Source: a virus (Duplodnaviria > Caudoviricetes). Taken from it: 63,953 bases of DNA. Below, piece by piece: positions 38,094 to 48,761 of the stretch; positions within the stretch are counted from its first letter, which is position 1; the number at the start of each line of letters is the position of its first letter. The stretch is from IMG/VR virus record IMGVR_UViG_3300037337_000110, positions 1-63,953 of that record; one strand, given 5' to 3'. The notes under the pieces are model-generated. The model did no database searches, had not been told where the DNA came from, and was given only the letters and a program-made list of their open reading frames with translations. A program made the translations under genes and the position numbers.

Positions 38094-38572
38094 GCAACGA
38101 AGAAATCATCAAGTTGGGTGTCAACTTGAAAGCCTGGGCCGGGGCGATGCAAACAGCTGGGCGGGGGCCGCAAGCGCCGCGCTTCAAGGTCAACGGGCCG
38201 CGCAGCATGGTGGTGCGCAAGCGGCGGCAACCTGTGGGGAATGGTCACAGTGGCCCCGGCCAAAGTGGCCCCGCAACTTACACCGGCGAGTATCCGTTCA
38301 TAGGTCACGAAGAGTTTTGTCTGGGTGGCATCACCGTGACCTCTTCAGACAGTGGCTTTGGGCTGATGGCGCAGTTCACCCCCGTGGGTTCCGAGTTGAT
38401 GCAGACGGTGAGTGGCATGACGGTGCCGCTTGCCCTTGCGTTCGAGCATTTCGAGGGGCTTCACACCTGGGCGATGCAGTTCGCAAGTGCAAAGCCCCCA
38501 GCTGCCAAGCTCACGCCAGCGCAGCAGCTTGAGACTGATCACGCGAATAACACATCGTGGGGTGCCTGGTAG
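38084..38572 (+). CDS. hypothetical protein ending WGAW
   Basis: GGAGG SD before TTG. Confidence 0.55.
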   Translation: MYLSNEEIIKLGVNLKAWAGAMQTAGRGPQAPRFKVNGPRSMVVRKRRQPVGNGHSGPGQSGPATYTGEYPFIGHEEFCLGGITVTSSDSGFGLMAQFTPVGSELMQTVSGMTVPLALAFEHFEGLHTWAMQFASAKPPAAKLTPAQQLETDHANNTSWGAW

Positions 38573-38620
38573 CAGACCCCTCTCGCTTTTTAACCTGTCG
38601 AAATAACTGAAAAAAAACAC

Positions 38621-39205
38621 ATGAGCAACATCATTACCATCGTTGGGTTGGACCCGAGCCTTCGGAACACCGGGCTTGCCGCCGCCCGCTACGACATCAA
38701 CACTGGTAACTGGAAGGTCTACAAGATCGGGCTGGTACAAACCGAGAACCAGGCGGGCAAGGTGGTGCGCAAAAGCTCCGACGACTACCGCTGCGCCAAA
38801 GAACTGATCACCGGCGTCAATGCTTTTGTGCGCGCGGTGGGGGCCAGCTTCGTTTGTGCCGAGGTGCCCACGGGTGCCCAAGACGCCCGGGCCGCCTTCT
38901 CGTTCGGGCTGTGCTGTGGAGTGCTGGCCGCTGTCAACGCCCCGCTGATTCAGGTCAACCCAAAAGAGGTGAAGATGGCCAGCGTGGGCAAGGCCAGCGC
39001 CACCAAGGGGGAGATGATCGGCTGGGCCGTCGAGAGCTGGCCCGAAGTCGAGTGGCGCCGGCGCAAGCTGAAGGGTGCCCTGGTGCTGGTCAACGACAAC
39101 GAGCACCCGGCAGATGCCTGCGCTGCCATCGCCGCGGGTCTGCAGACGGCCCAGTTCGCCCAAGCCCTGTCGCTCATGCACGCCATGCAACCCACGGCAG
39201 CTTGA
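38621..39205 (+). CDS. ruvC: RuvC-like Holliday junction resolvase
   Basis: GLDPSLRNTG, E, P.EVK...G...ATK, ADA. Confidence 0.85.
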   Translation: MSNIITIVGLDPSLRNTGLAAARYDINTGNWKVYKIGLVQTENQAGKVVRKSSDDYRCAKELITGVNAFVRAVGASFVCAEVPTGAQDARAAFSFGLCCGVLAAVNAPLIQVNPKEVKMASVGKASATKGEMIGWAVESWPEVEWRRRKLKGALVLVNDNEHPADACAAIAAGLQTAQFAQALSLMHAMQPTAA

Positions 39206-39299
39206 ACCTGCCTGCCCCCTCTACTGCTTATGGTAAGTCAATGCTGACTACAATAAAATCTCAACCCGACCTTTTTCTCTACCCAGGACACCTCTCGAA

Positions 39300-41594
39300 A
39301 TGACCCATGCCTTTTCCGTGATCAAGCGCAACGGTAGCAGCGAAGCGTTTGACTTCGCCAAGATCGAACGCTTGAACGACTTTGCCACCCGTGACCTCAA
39401 TGTGGATGGCGCGCTGCTGCGCAGTCAGATTAAGCTGCTGGTCTATGACGGCATGAAAACGTCTGAAATCTTTCAGGCCCAGATTCAAGCCGCCTCGGGC
39501 CTGATCTCTGTGGCGCACCCTGACTTCACCTATGTGGCTACGCGCTACTTGCTCATGGACGTGATGAAAACTGTCACGGGTGAAGCTCAGTACCCGCACC
39601 TGCGTGACACCATCGCAATCGGCGTTGACGCCCGACGTTACAACCCACTCATGGCGTCAACCTTCGATCTGGAAAAGCTGAACGCTGCGATCAACCAGAC
39701 GGCCGACTACCAGTTTGACTACTACGGTCTGCAAAACGTGGTGGATCGCTACCTGATACGCGACCACGATCAAAAGCTGATCGAGCTGCCGCAGCACTTC
39801 TTCATGCGTGTGGCGATGGGTCTGGCGCTGAAGGAAGACAAGCCCACTGAGCGCGCCATCGAGTTCTACGGCATGCTGTCGAGCTTTCGCCTGATGACAT
39901 CGACCCCGACGCTGTTCAACGCCGGGACGCCCCACAGTCAGCTCTCCAGCTGCTACCTCAACACCGCGGCAGACCAGATCAGCACCGAAGAAGGCGAGCC
40001 CCGGTTCGCTTCGATCTACGGCACCATTGAAGAGTCTGCACGGCTCTCGAAGTTCGCTGGTGGTATCGGCACCGACTGGACCCGCGTGCGCGGCTCGGGC
40101 AGTCACATCAAGTCCACCAACGGCAAGTCCAGCGGCGTCATCCCCTACTTGAAAGTCTACAACGACACCGCTGTCGCCGTGAACCAGGGCGGCAAGCGCA
40201 AGGGCAGCTTCGCGCCGTACCTCGAAGTGTGGCACCCCGACTTCTGGGACTTCTGCGAAATCAAGAAGGAGTTCGGTGACGATCGTCTGCGCGTGCATGA
40301 CATCTTCCCGGCCGCCTGGGTGTGCGATCTGTTCATGGAGCGTGTGCAGCAAGACGGCATCTGGAGCGAGTTTCAGCCCAATCTCTACCCCGAGCTGCAC
40401 GAACTCTACGGCGACGCATTCAAGGCTCGCTACGAGCAGCTGGAGCGCGAAGGCAAGGCGCACGGTCAACGTCGCGCTGTCGATGTCTGGAAGCGCATGC
40501 TGGGCTCGCTGTTTGAGACCGGTCACCCCTGGATCACCTTCAAGGACGAGTGCAACCGCCGCAGCCCGCAAGACCACGTCGGTGTGGTGCATAGCTCCAA
40601 CCTTTGCACCGAGATCACCCTGAACACCAGCGACACCGAGACTGCCGTGTGCAACCTGGCATCGGTGAACCTGGCACGCCACGTCAAGAATGGCAAGGTC
40701 GACACGGGCATGCTGATGGATACCGTCAGTGTGGCCATGCGAATGCTGGACAACGTGATCGACCTGAACTACTACCCGTCTGAGCGCGCGCGACTGTCCA
40801 ACATGCGACACCGCCCGGTGGGCTTGGGTCTGATGGGTGAGACTGAAGCCAAGGTAATGTGCGGCATCGCTTTTGACAGCGAAGCGGGCGTGCTGTTCAG
40901 CGACACGACGATGGAGGTGATCAGCTATGCCGCCATTGCAAGTTCATGTGAGCTGGCCAAAGAGCGCGGGGCCTACGACAGTTACGCGGGCTCGAAGTGG
41001 TCACGCGACATTTTCCCGATCGACACGGCGCGCTCGAAGGTCGGCGTCGTGAGCAAGGATTCCTGGGATGTGGTGCGCGGGTTGGTGAAGAGGTTTGGCG
41101 TGCGCAACAGCAACATGATGGCGATCGCGCCAACGGCCACCATCTCTACCATCGTGGGCACCACCCCCTGCATTGAGCCAATCTTTGAGGTGGAGCGCAG
41201 CGAGAAGAACATGAGCGGCCAGTTCAAGGTGGTTGACCCGTGCGTTCGTCACACCAAAGACCCGGCGCTTCTCAAGACCGTCTGGGACATCGACTCTAGG
41301 TGGATTTTGAGGTCTGCTGCTGCACGCCAGAAATGGATCGACCAGGCGCAGTCGGTCAACATCTTCGTGCCGGCCGGCACGAAGGGGCGCGAGCTGGCTG
41401 AAATCTACATGAGTGCCTGGAAGCAGGGTCTGAAAACGACCTACTACCTGCGCAGTCAAACCAACGCGAAGGCACCACCCAAGGTGGCCTCTGGCGTGAC
41501 TCAAGCAGTTGACAGCCGCACCGGGCTGGACGAAGTGGTGCTGGGTAGCAACTTCTGCTCGATCGACAAACCGGACTGCGAGGCGTGTCAGTAA
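39300..41594 (+). CDS. nrdA: class Ia ribonucleotide reductase alpha subunit with ATP cone
   Basis: VIKRNG, STPTLFNAG, SSCY, QGGKRKG, SNLCTEI, APTATIS, KTTYY, CEACQ. Confidence 0.96.
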   Translation: MTHAFSVIKRNGSSEAFDFAKIERLNDFATRDLNVDGALLRSQIKLLVYDGMKTSEIFQAQIQAASGLISVAHPDFTYVATRYLLMDVMKTVTGEAQYPHLRDTIAIGVDARRYNPLMASTFDLEKLNAAINQTADYQFDYYGLQNVVDRYLIRDHDQKLIELPQHFFMRVAMGLALKEDKPTERAIEFYGMLSSFRLMTSTPTLFNAGTPHSQLSSCYLNTAADQISTEEGEPRFASIYGTIEESARLSKFAGGIGTDWTRVRGSGSHIKSTNGKSSGVIPYLKVYNDTAVAVNQGGKRKGSFAPYLEVWHPDFWDFCEIKKEFGDDRLRVHDIFPAAWVCDLFMERVQQDGIWSEFQPNLYPELHELYGDAFKARYEQLEREGKAHGQRRAVDVWKRMLGSLFETGHPWITFKDECNRRSPQDHVGVVHSSNLCTEITLNTSDTETAVCNLASVNLARHVKNGKVDTGMLMDTVSVAMRMLDNVIDLNYYPSERARLSNMRHRPVGLGLMGETEAKVMCGIAFDSEAGVLFSDTTMEVISYAAIASSCELAKERGAYDSYAGSKWSRDIFPIDTARSKVGVVSKDSWDVVRGLVKRFGVRNSNMMAIAPTATISTIVGTTPCIEPIFEVERSEKNMSGQFKVVDPCVRHTKDPALLKTVWDIDSRWILRSAAARQKWIDQAQSVNIFVPAGTKGRELAEIYMSAWKQGLKTTYYLRSQTNAKAPPKVASGVTQAVDSRTGLDEVVLGSNFCSIDKPDCEACQ

Positions 41595-41654
41595 GTAAAC
41601 ACTGACTCTTCTTCAAGGCCCTTCGGGGCCTTATTCTTCCCCTGAAAGTAAATC

Positions 41655-42656
41655 ATGCAAAACAACACGACGAAAATTACCAACAACCGACGACTTGCCT
41701 TCGGCCCCCGCGACAACCTTATGAATATGTCTCGAATTCGATACCCGTGGGCCATCGAAGTCTACGACCGAATGGAGTCAAACACTTGGTTTCCCAAGTC
41801 GATCCCCCTGGGTGGCGATCGCGAGTCTTACCGCACCGATCTGACTGGGCGCGAGCGCAGCGCCTTTGACAAAGCTCTGGCGTTTGTCTCGAACCTGGAC
41901 GGCATTCAATTCAACAACCTGATCTGCAACATCGGCCAGCACATCACTGCGCCAGAAGTGTCGCTGGCTCTAGCTCGCCAAGCGGCAGAAGAGGGTGTGC
42001 ATGTGCGCTCTTACCAATTCATGATCGAGGCGATCTCAATGGACCCCGAGGGGGTCTACATGATGTTTGAGCGCGACGGGCGCTTGGCGGCTAAGAACGA
42101 AAACATCATGGCTTCGTCCCGGGTATTGAAGGACGAGCCCACCCCGGCAAACTTCGCGCGCGCCATTGTGGGCAACGTGATTCTGGAGGGCATCTACTTC
42201 TACTCTGCGTTCTTGACCTTCTACATCTTGGCGCGTAACGGCAAGATGTTGGCCTCTGCGGACATGATCAAGTACATCAACCGGGACGAGGGCGAGACCC
42301 ACCTGGACCTCTTCGTGAACATGCACCACACGTTCAAGCAAGAAAACCCGGAGCTGTACGACGAGAAGTTTCGCGAAGATGCCATCGAGCTGATCAAGCA
42401 GGCAACTGAAATGGAAATCAACTGGGGCAAGTACATCATTCAGGGCGGCTTTCTCGGGCTCACTGACGGCGTGGTCGAGCACTTTGTCAAGGGGTTGGCC
42501 AATAAGCGCGCCGCTGTTCTGGGTCTGGGTCTGCTGTACCCAGGGGTGGAGAATGCGGTGCCGTGGTTTGAAGACTTCAGCAAGCCTAACGGCACGCGGG
42601 CTAACTTCTTCGAGAGCCGCGTAACGGACTACGCAGTTAGCGGGCTCGCCTGGTAA
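41655..42656 (+). CDS. nrdB: ribonucleotide reductase beta subunit
   Basis: D, EE.VH..SY, EGIYFY, RDE...H, NFFE.RVT.Y. Confidence 0.95.
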   Translation: MQNNTTKITNNRRLAFGPRDNLMNMSRIRYPWAIEVYDRMESNTWFPKSIPLGGDRESYRTDLTGRERSAFDKALAFVSNLDGIQFNNLICNIGQHITAPEVSLALARQAAEEGVHVRSYQFMIEAISMDPEGVYMMFERDGRLAAKNENIMASSRVLKDEPTPANFARAIVGNVILEGIYFYSAFLTFYILARNGKMLASADMIKYINRDEGETHLDLFVNMHHTFKQENPELYDEKFREDAIELIKQATEMEINWGKYIIQGGFLGLTDGVVEHFVKGLANKRAAVLGLGLLYPGVENAVPWFEDFSKPNGTRANFFESRVTDYAVSGLAW

Positions 42657-42773
42657 TTCACCCGCTCGGACCTCTGCGCAGCAAGCGCAAGTCCGAGAAA
42701 ATCTTCCCTATAATAAAGATTCAGTCAGCATTGACTGATCTTTAACCACCCAACATCAACAGGTAAACACAAA

Positions 42774-43109
42774 ATGTCCGACGTAAAACGCTTCACAGGC
42801 TTTATCGCTATCGACGGTAGCACCCACACAAGTCAAAAGTCTGCCGTTGACCACAGTCGGGTAGTCAAGGTTGCCAGCGCACTTGACGCGCTGGCCGAAG
42901 CTGTTCTGGCGTTCGATGTCACGTCATCTGACGTGCAGAAACACGGCATCGCATCAAGCGACGTGGGCAATGTCATTCACGCCGAAGACCTGCCGTTCTT
43001 CTTGGCCGCACACCGCGAGCAGATCATGGCGGCCTTCACGCAAGACGTGCTGACCCGCAAAAAGCGCGCAAAGAAGACTGCTGTTGCCGCAGCTGACGCA
43101 GTCGCCTAA
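42774..43109 (+). CDS. hypothetical protein
   Basis: TATAAT plus perfect operator upstream; AGGT SD. Confidence 0.65.
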   Translation: MSDVKRFTGFIAIDGSTHTSQKSAVDHSRVVKVASALDALAEAVLAFDVTSSDVQKHGIASSDVGNVIHAEDLPFFLAAHREQIMAAFTQDVLTRKKRAKKTAVAAADAVA

Positions 43110-43199
43110 CCCATGTTTATGAAGTCCATGATGTTGCGCGCGCAGCCGACATCCCGGTTGGTGCCCGCGTCGCAAGACGCTTTTTTGTGAGGGTAAGTC

Positions 43200-44462
43200 A
43201 TGAGTGAATTCTCCTGCCCCGTGGTTCGTGTGGCCATCGAGCCCCACCCCAATGGCGACGCGATCGAGCTGGCCATCGTTGGTGGCTACCGCAGCATCGT
43301 CAAGAAGGGCCAGTTCAAAGATGGTGACCTGGCGGTCTACATCCCAGAGCAGTCTGTGCTGCCTAAATGGCTGCTGGAAAAAATGGGCTTCTGGGACACC
43401 CTCAATTGCAAGGGTCAGCTGTCGGGCTCAGCTGGCAACCGCGTGCGAGCCATGAAGCTGCGTGGCGTTCTGAGTCAGGGCCTTCTGTACCCGGTGTCGC
43501 AGATTCGGCAGGGGCCGGTCGATGGTGCCGAAGAAGACTTCACGAACATTCGCGCTCGTGTCTTCGGACGCCCCATCACCGCTGAAGAGGCGACGACGGC
43601 GGGCAAGCTCTTTCTCGCCGAAGACCTCAAACTTGACGAAGACGAATGCGCTGCTGAGTTCTTGGGTGTTCAGAAATACGAGCCTGTGGTGCCCCTGCAC
43701 ATGGCCGGGCGCATCGCGGGCGGTGACCTGGACGCCACTATCAGCTACGACTTCGAGAACCTGAAGAAAGTGCCGCACCTTTTCGATGACGGCATGGAAG
43801 TTGCCATCACCGAGAAGATTCACGGCACGTTGCTTCAGGTCGGCTTGATCCCCAAGGCGATCTACGAGGGCAAGAGCTGGGCCGAGAAGAGCGGTGACTT
43901 CATCGACTGCGCCGGTGAAATCTTCGCCGTTATGGTGACGAGCAAGGGGCAGGGCGCCGAGGGCTTGATAATCAGCCTGCAAGACACCAGCAACTTGTAC
44001 GTCAAGCTGGCGTTGCAGCTGCGTTTGCCCGAGAAGCTGGCGCTTGCCCGCATCGAGTTGAACACGCCATCTGACCAGCCGATCTTCGCGTTTGGTGAAA
44101 TCTTCGGCGTCGGCGTTCAAGACCTTGCCTACGGTCAGACAACCCCGGCTTTCAGGGCGTTCGACATCTACCTGGGTACTCGCAGTCACGGCGGCTACTT
44201 GGACTTTCTCACGCTCGCCGAGGTGGCTTTCGATGTGGGTCTGGACATGGTGCCCGTGCTGGCCGTCGGCCCCTACTCGCACGCGCTGGTGCAGCAGCAC
44301 ACCAACGGCAACTCGACCATCCCAGGTGCCGAGAATCAGATTCGCGAGGGCGTGGTCATCAAGGCCACTGTTGCCGATTGTCACCCACGTTTCGGCCGGC
44401 GCATCGCCAAAAGCGTCGCCGACGCCTACCTTCTTCGCAAACACGGAACCGAATTCGCATGA
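43200..44462 (+). CDS. RNA ligase, Rnl5/DRB0094-like, with N-terminal OB fold
   Basis: [47 protein letters not shown]. Confidence 0.9.
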   Translation: MSEFSCPVVRVAIEPHPNGDAIELAIVGGYRSIVKKGQFKDGDLAVYIPEQSVLPKWLLEKMGFWDTLNCKGQLSGSAGNRVRAMKLRGVLSQGLLYPVSQIRQGPVDGAEEDFTNIRARVFGRPITAEEATTAGKLFLAEDLKLDEDECAAEFLGVQKYEPVVPLHMAGRIAGGDLDATISYDFENLKKVPHLFDDGMEVAITEKIHGTLLQVGLIPKAIYEGKSWAEKSGDFIDCAGEIFAVMVTSKGQGAEGLIISLQDTSNLYVKLALQLRLPEKLALARIELNTPSDQPIFAFGEIFGVGVQDLAYGQTTPAFRAFDIYLGTRSHGGYLDFLTLAEVAFDVGLDMVPVLAVGPYSHALVQQHTNGNSTIPGAENQIREGVVIKATVADCHPRFGRRIAKSVADAYLLRKHGTEFA

Positions 44463-45310
44463 ACCCCCTTTTCAACCCCGTTCAATTTCAATACGAAAAC
44501 CTGCTCACCGAAGCCTATCGCTGGGGCAAGGCTAAGGGTGACCGTACCGGCACTGGCACAACCAGCGTCTTCGGACACCAGCTGCGCTATGACCTGAAGC
44601 ACGGCTTTCCGCTGATCACAACCAAGCGTGTTCCATTCAAGATGGTGCTGGCCGAGCTGCTGTGGCTTTTGTCAGGCAGCACCAACGTGCGCCACCTTCA
44701 AGCAATGGGCTGCAACATCTGGAACGAATGGGCTGACGAGCACGGCGAACTTGGGCCGGTATACGGCAAGCAGTGGCGCAACTGGACTGGAGGCCACGAC
44801 CAGATCACGGCCCTCATCGACGGCATTCGCAACAAGCCCAACAGCAGGCGTCACGTCGTCAGCTGTTGGAACGTGGATGAGCTGCCCGACGAGTCCCTGT
44901 CGCCGCAGCAAAACGTCGCAGTAGGCCGCATGGCGCTTGCGCCGTGCCACACGCTGTTTCAGTTCGATGTGACCCAGGGCAAGCTAAGCTGCCAGCTCTA
45001 CCAGCGGTCGGCAGACCTGTTTCTGGGCGTGCCATTCAACATCGCAAGCTACGCCCTGCTCACACACATGGTGGCCCAGCAGTGCGATCTGGAAGTAGGC
45101 GACTTTATCTGGAACGGTGGCGACTGTCACATCTACAGCAACCACCGCGACCAGGTGGCGACTCAGCTCAGTCGCACGCCCCTCCCGTTCCCGAAGCTGT
45201 TCATCGCACGACCGTATACCGTTGCCTCGATCTTCGACTACACGATGGATGATTTCGACGTGGTGGACTACCAGCACCACCCCGCAATCAAGGGGGCAAT
45301 CGCGATATGA
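44459..45310 (+). CDS. thyA: thymidylate synthase
   Basis: [37 protein letters not shown]. Confidence 0.96.
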   Translation: MNPLFNPVQFQYENLLTEAYRWGKAKGDRTGTGTTSVFGHQLRYDLKHGFPLITTKRVPFKMVLAELLWLLSGSTNVRHLQAMGCNIWNEWADEHGELGPVYGKQWRNWTGGHDQITALIDGIRNKPNSRRHVVSCWNVDELPDESLSPQQNVAVGRMALAPCHTLFQFDVTQGKLSCQLYQRSADLFLGVPFNIASYALLTHMVAQQCDLEVGDFIWNGGDCHIYSNHRDQVATQLSRTPLPFPKLFIARPYTVASIFDYTMDDFDVVDYQHHPAIKGAIAI

Positions 45311-45441
45311 GAAAAGTGATCGACTGATTCAATATAATAAATCAGTCAGCAATGACTCTAATTCGGCGCTTGGCACCTTAATCTGAAGCCAAAAAAGTTC
45401 TGATTTTTCACCTACCTATAAGCACTTTTGTAAAGTCACTC

Positions 45442-45675
45442 ATGAACATTTTTGGCTCAGCAAAAAAGACAAAAACTCTCGCCTCTGTGATGCAAGTATT
45501 TGAGCAAATCGTCAAAGACCTGAACTTGATCTCCGAGCGTGAGCGGATGAACGCCGCCGAAAGTGAAGAGACCGCGCAACAGGCGCAAAAGGCGACTCGC
45601 GTTTCTTTGCTTAAAGCCGATCGCGCAGCCATTCTCAGCATGCGTCTGCAAGAACTGACCGTAATCACTAAGTAA
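45442..45675 (+). CDS. small coiled-coil hypothetical protein
   Basis: ORF preceded by operator-like site. Confidence 0.55.
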   Translation: MNIFGSAKKTKTLASVMQVFEQIVKDLNLISERERMNAAESEETAQQAQKATRVSLLKADRAAILSMRLQELTVITK

Positions 45676-45681
45676 GCCACC

Positions 45682-46269
45682 ATGAACTCCAAAGAATTTA
45701 CCAAATCTGCCCTTGTCACCGAAGCGAAGATCGACGAGCTGCCGATCAACCTGGGTGGCCTGTACCGCGTTCTGCGCGTGCTGACCACAGCGTCCCAGCT
45801 CGCCGATACCGTCAAGCGCGCCATCTACTACGGCAAGGGTCTTGACGCTGGCCGGCTCGCTGCAAACATCAACACGCTGCGCGACGAAGTTGCCCTGCTT
45901 GGCATGCACCAGGGTCAGCTTGCTGACACAGACATGCCAACAGATGACCATGCGCCTAACCTGCGCGTGCTGCACGGCTCGATCGGGATGTTTGGCGAGG
46001 CGGGTGAACTGCTTGAGGCTGTGATGAAGCAGATCAAGACTGGCAAACTGGACCTCATCAACGTGGGTGAGGAAACTGCCGACAGCGACTGGTACAAGGC
46101 CATTCTTCACGACGAGACAGGCGTGCTGGAAGAGACCGCCCGGGCCGCTGTGATCTCCAAGCTCAAGGTGCGGTACCCCGGCAAGTTCGACAGCGACAGC
46201 TCTGGCAAGCGAGACCTTGCCGGTGAGCGCGCGGCAATGGAATCTGTCATGGGCGTGGTAGTCAAGTGA
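45682..46269 (+). CDS. MazG-like nucleotide pyrophosphohydrolase
   Basis: HG.IG..GEAGE, N..EE..D..WY, KL..RYP.KF. Confidence 0.8.
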   Translation: MNSKEFTKSALVTEAKIDELPINLGGLYRVLRVLTTASQLADTVKRAIYYGKGLDAGRLAANINTLRDEVALLGMHQGQLADTDMPTDDHAPNLRVLHGSIGMFGEAGELLEAVMKQIKTGKLDLINVGEETADSDWYKAILHDETGVLEETARAAVISKLKVRYPGKFDSDSSGKRDLAGERAAMESVMGVVVK

Positions 46270-46892
46270 TCGGCTTGTCAGGCGCGCACCGCACGGGCAA
46301 GTCAACGCTGGCACGCGCCCTGGCGGAGTCGCTGGGTGTGCCCTTCGTTGCGACCAGCGCCAGCGAGGTTTTTTCCAGCATGGGACTCGACCCCAAAGCT
46401 GACTACCCACTGGAGGTGCGCTTTCTGATTCAGAGCGTGATACTGGACACCTTCACGGCGCAGTACGAGAGCGCGTCGCGCGAGTCCTCGGTCTTTGTGG
46501 CTGATCGCACGCCCCTTGACCTGGCCAGCTACATGTTGGCCGACGTAAGTCGCTCAGCGTTGGAGGGAAAGAATGACGTAGCGCAGCTGATCAATGCCTA
46601 CGTAGACGAGTGTCTGAAGGCGACGACGCGCTTTTTTTCCGAGGTGTACCTGGTGCAGCCCGGCATCAAAGTCATCGAAGAGAAGGGCAAGGCGCTTGGC
46701 TGCCCGGCCTACATGGAACACCTCAACACGATTCTGATCGGGCTGGTGTATGACGAGCGCTCGATGGTCTCCTGCTACCCAGTCCCGCGCGAAATAACCA
46801 ACTTGAAATCTCGCGTTGACTTTGTTATGGAGACGCGCGACAAACTCGTGGAGATGCAAGAGCTGGTGTCCCCATACCTGTGGACGCACTGA
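46266..46892 (+). CDS. P-loop nucleotide kinase-like ATPase
   Basis: GAHRTGKSTLA, DRTPLD..SY. Confidence 0.75.
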   Translation: MIGLSGAHRTGKSTLARALAESLGVPFVATSASEVFSSMGLDPKADYPLEVRFLIQSVILDTFTAQYESASRESSVFVADRTPLDLASYMLADVSRSALEGKNDVAQLINAYVDECLKATTRFFSEVYLVQPGIKVIEEKGKALGCPAYMEHLNTILIGLVYDERSMVSCYPVPREITNLKSRVDFVMETRDKLVEMQELVSPYLWTH

Positions 46893-46921
46893 TCACTTGT
46901 GACTGATCTGCAATGCGATTC

Positions 46922-46961
46922 AAAGAAAGGGTAGGGTGCTAACATCCTACCCTTTCTTTTT
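46922..46961. terminator. bidirectional intrinsic terminator
   Basis: AAAGAAAGGGTAGGGTG-ctaa-CATCCTACCCTTTCTTTTT. Confidence 0.75.
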
Positions 46962-46995
46962 ATGATTGTCGTAAGTCAACAATGAGACACATTTT

Positions 46996-47427
46996 ATGCA
47001 CCAAGTCACCATCCCCACCGTCGCCGCAGAGCTTGAGCGCAAGCTGGTCGAGTTTCTGCTGTCGCTGCAAGAGCCTGACGTTGAGCCCGCGCATGCTGTT
47101 CTGCAATGCCGCGCACTGTGGACCGTTACGGCCGGTCTGGTGGACAGCGCGCTCAGCACCGCCCTGTCTGACCACACCAAGGGTGCAGATTCGGTGGCGG
47201 TGCGCGAGTTCTTCATCGGCAACGGTCACGTCTTGATACTGGCGTTCTTTGCAAGTAGCCGCAAATCGGGCTTCACGCTGGTCAACATCAACACGACAAC
47301 CAACGCGCGCACGATTCTTAGGCGGGTCACCTGTGAGTCGGGTGACCTGTTCGCGCCAGGTGAGCGCGCCACCCTCTTGGACGGTGTGCGTCAAGCACTG
47401 AGCGCCAAGGGCTATGTCAAATACTGA
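46996..47427 (+). CDS. hypothetical protein
   Basis: clean ORF. Confidence 0.6.
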   Translation: MHQVTIPTVAAELERKLVEFLLSLQEPDVEPAHAVLQCRALWTVTAGLVDSALSTALSDHTKGADSVAVREFFIGNGHVLILAFFASSRKSGFTLVNINTTTNARTILRRVTCESGDLFAPGERATLLDGVRQALSAKGYVKY

Positions 47428-47459
47428 ATCTTCTAACCAACCCCACCAAAGGAATTCCC

Positions 47460-47969
47460 TTGATCGACCCTGAAAATACCCTTGCCCGCTTCCGTGATGT
47501 GGTGGTCGTCAATAGCGACAAGCGCGCCCTGGCGATGTCCCAGCAGCTGCGCTCCAAGTCCCTTGCCGATCAGCGCGAGTGCTTCGGGGGCAATTCGACC
47601 TCGGGGTTCTTCTGGATTTTCACAAGCCCAGAGTTCCCGGAAGAGGTCATGGAGTGTGCCGTCTCGTCTGGCGGTGATGCCATTACCAGTCTCTACAAGA
47701 GACACCGCATCTTCGGCGCGCGCGGTGACCTGATAGAAGCACGCACGGCGCTGATCGCAGCCCTGGAGTCTTCGGTCGGATTGTCTCGCGCGGCAATCGG
47801 CGTCGACGACCCGGTGCGCCGGCGCACGCTGGGTCTCGCGGAGCTTGCCACCGGTCAGCTGATTGATCTGCTGGCTGAGCGCGAAGGCTGCGGCTTGATC
47901 ATTCGCGGCACCAAGCAGACCACGAGCAGCACCGGTGGCGACTTGACTTTCGCGGATCAGTTGTCATAA
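47460..47969 (+). CDS. hypothetical protein
   Basis: AAGGA SD, TTG start. Confidence 0.6.
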   Translation: MIDPENTLARFRDVVVVNSDKRALAMSQQLRSKSLADQRECFGGNSTSGFFWIFTSPEFPEEVMECAVSSGGDAITSLYKRHRIFGARGDLIEARTALIAALESSVGLSRAAIGVDDPVRRRTLGLAELATGQLIDLLAEREGCGLIIRGTKQTTSSTGGDLTFADQLS

Positions 47970-48066
47970 GTCAGCAGTGATTTTGTAAGATCGCGCCCGG
48001 GCCGTGTCTTGGGCGCGATCATTCATTTGTCGGGGCAACTCTGCCCCGCATTAACCAAAGGTTTTT

Positions 48067-48618
48067 ATGTCCACATCTTCTTCACTCAACAACGCCGTGC
48101 GCCAGACAGTGCTTTTCGCCATTATGCAAGACGTGCCAGCGAAAATCACGCGCCAAGACATGATGGCTCAATGCAATCTCGAAATTGATAAAGATGTTGC
48201 TGAAAGCGAATTGCCCGAAAGTGTCAAAGCCATGTGGGCAAACAAGAGCGAGCGCAAATGGCTCGGTTACGGCAGCTGTTGTTTTAACGCGGTTAACGCG
48301 CGCTCCATCGACATCGCCTTTAGTATGACCAATATTCACCTTACATTGCCTGTCCTGCATAGCTTGACAATCGAGACAAGTGGAAAAATTAAAGCCCACA
48401 TCAACGCATTCACCGATGAGCAAGGCGAGATTGAACAGCTGAGGCAGAAGCTGAAACTGGCGTTTGCTTCAATTCGCACCCGTGCTATGTTCATCGAGGC
48501 ATTCCCGCAGTTCGAGAAGTACCTGCCCGCCGTGACTTACAACACCCCAGTCGTTTGTCACAACTTCATGGCGGAGATGACGAAGATGGGCTGGCCCAAA
48601 GAGAAGGCAGTTTCGTGA
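48067..48618 (+). CDS. Nmad5-like (nucleotide-modification-associated) protein, putative
   Basis: C-terminal RT....EAFP.FEKYLP pattern. Confidence 0.5.
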   Translation: MSTSSSLNNAVRQTVLFAIMQDVPAKITRQDMMAQCNLEIDKDVAESELPESVKAMWANKSERKWLGYGSCCFNAVNARSIDIAFSMTNIHLTLPVLHSLTIETSGKIKAHINAFTDEQGEIEQLRQKLKLAFASIRTRAMFIEAFPQFEKYLPAVTYNTPVVCHNFMAEMTKMGWPKEKAVS

Positions 48619-48761
48619 AGCCCATCTTCAGCTGGGGCCTGTGGTACTGGACAGACCCCCCAACGAGCCCCTGTTTGACCTCACGCCAGAAGAACTTCTG
48701 ATCTTCAAGACACTGTGCGCCGAAGTTGCGCAGTGATCATTGGGCGCCGAAACAAAAGAGA

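Noticed and set aside
36489-44444. Long minus-strand ORFs (36489-37586, 39657-40811, 43428-44444, and similar ones elsewhere)
   Set aside because: Antisense shadows of GC3-rich genes; no motifs or SD
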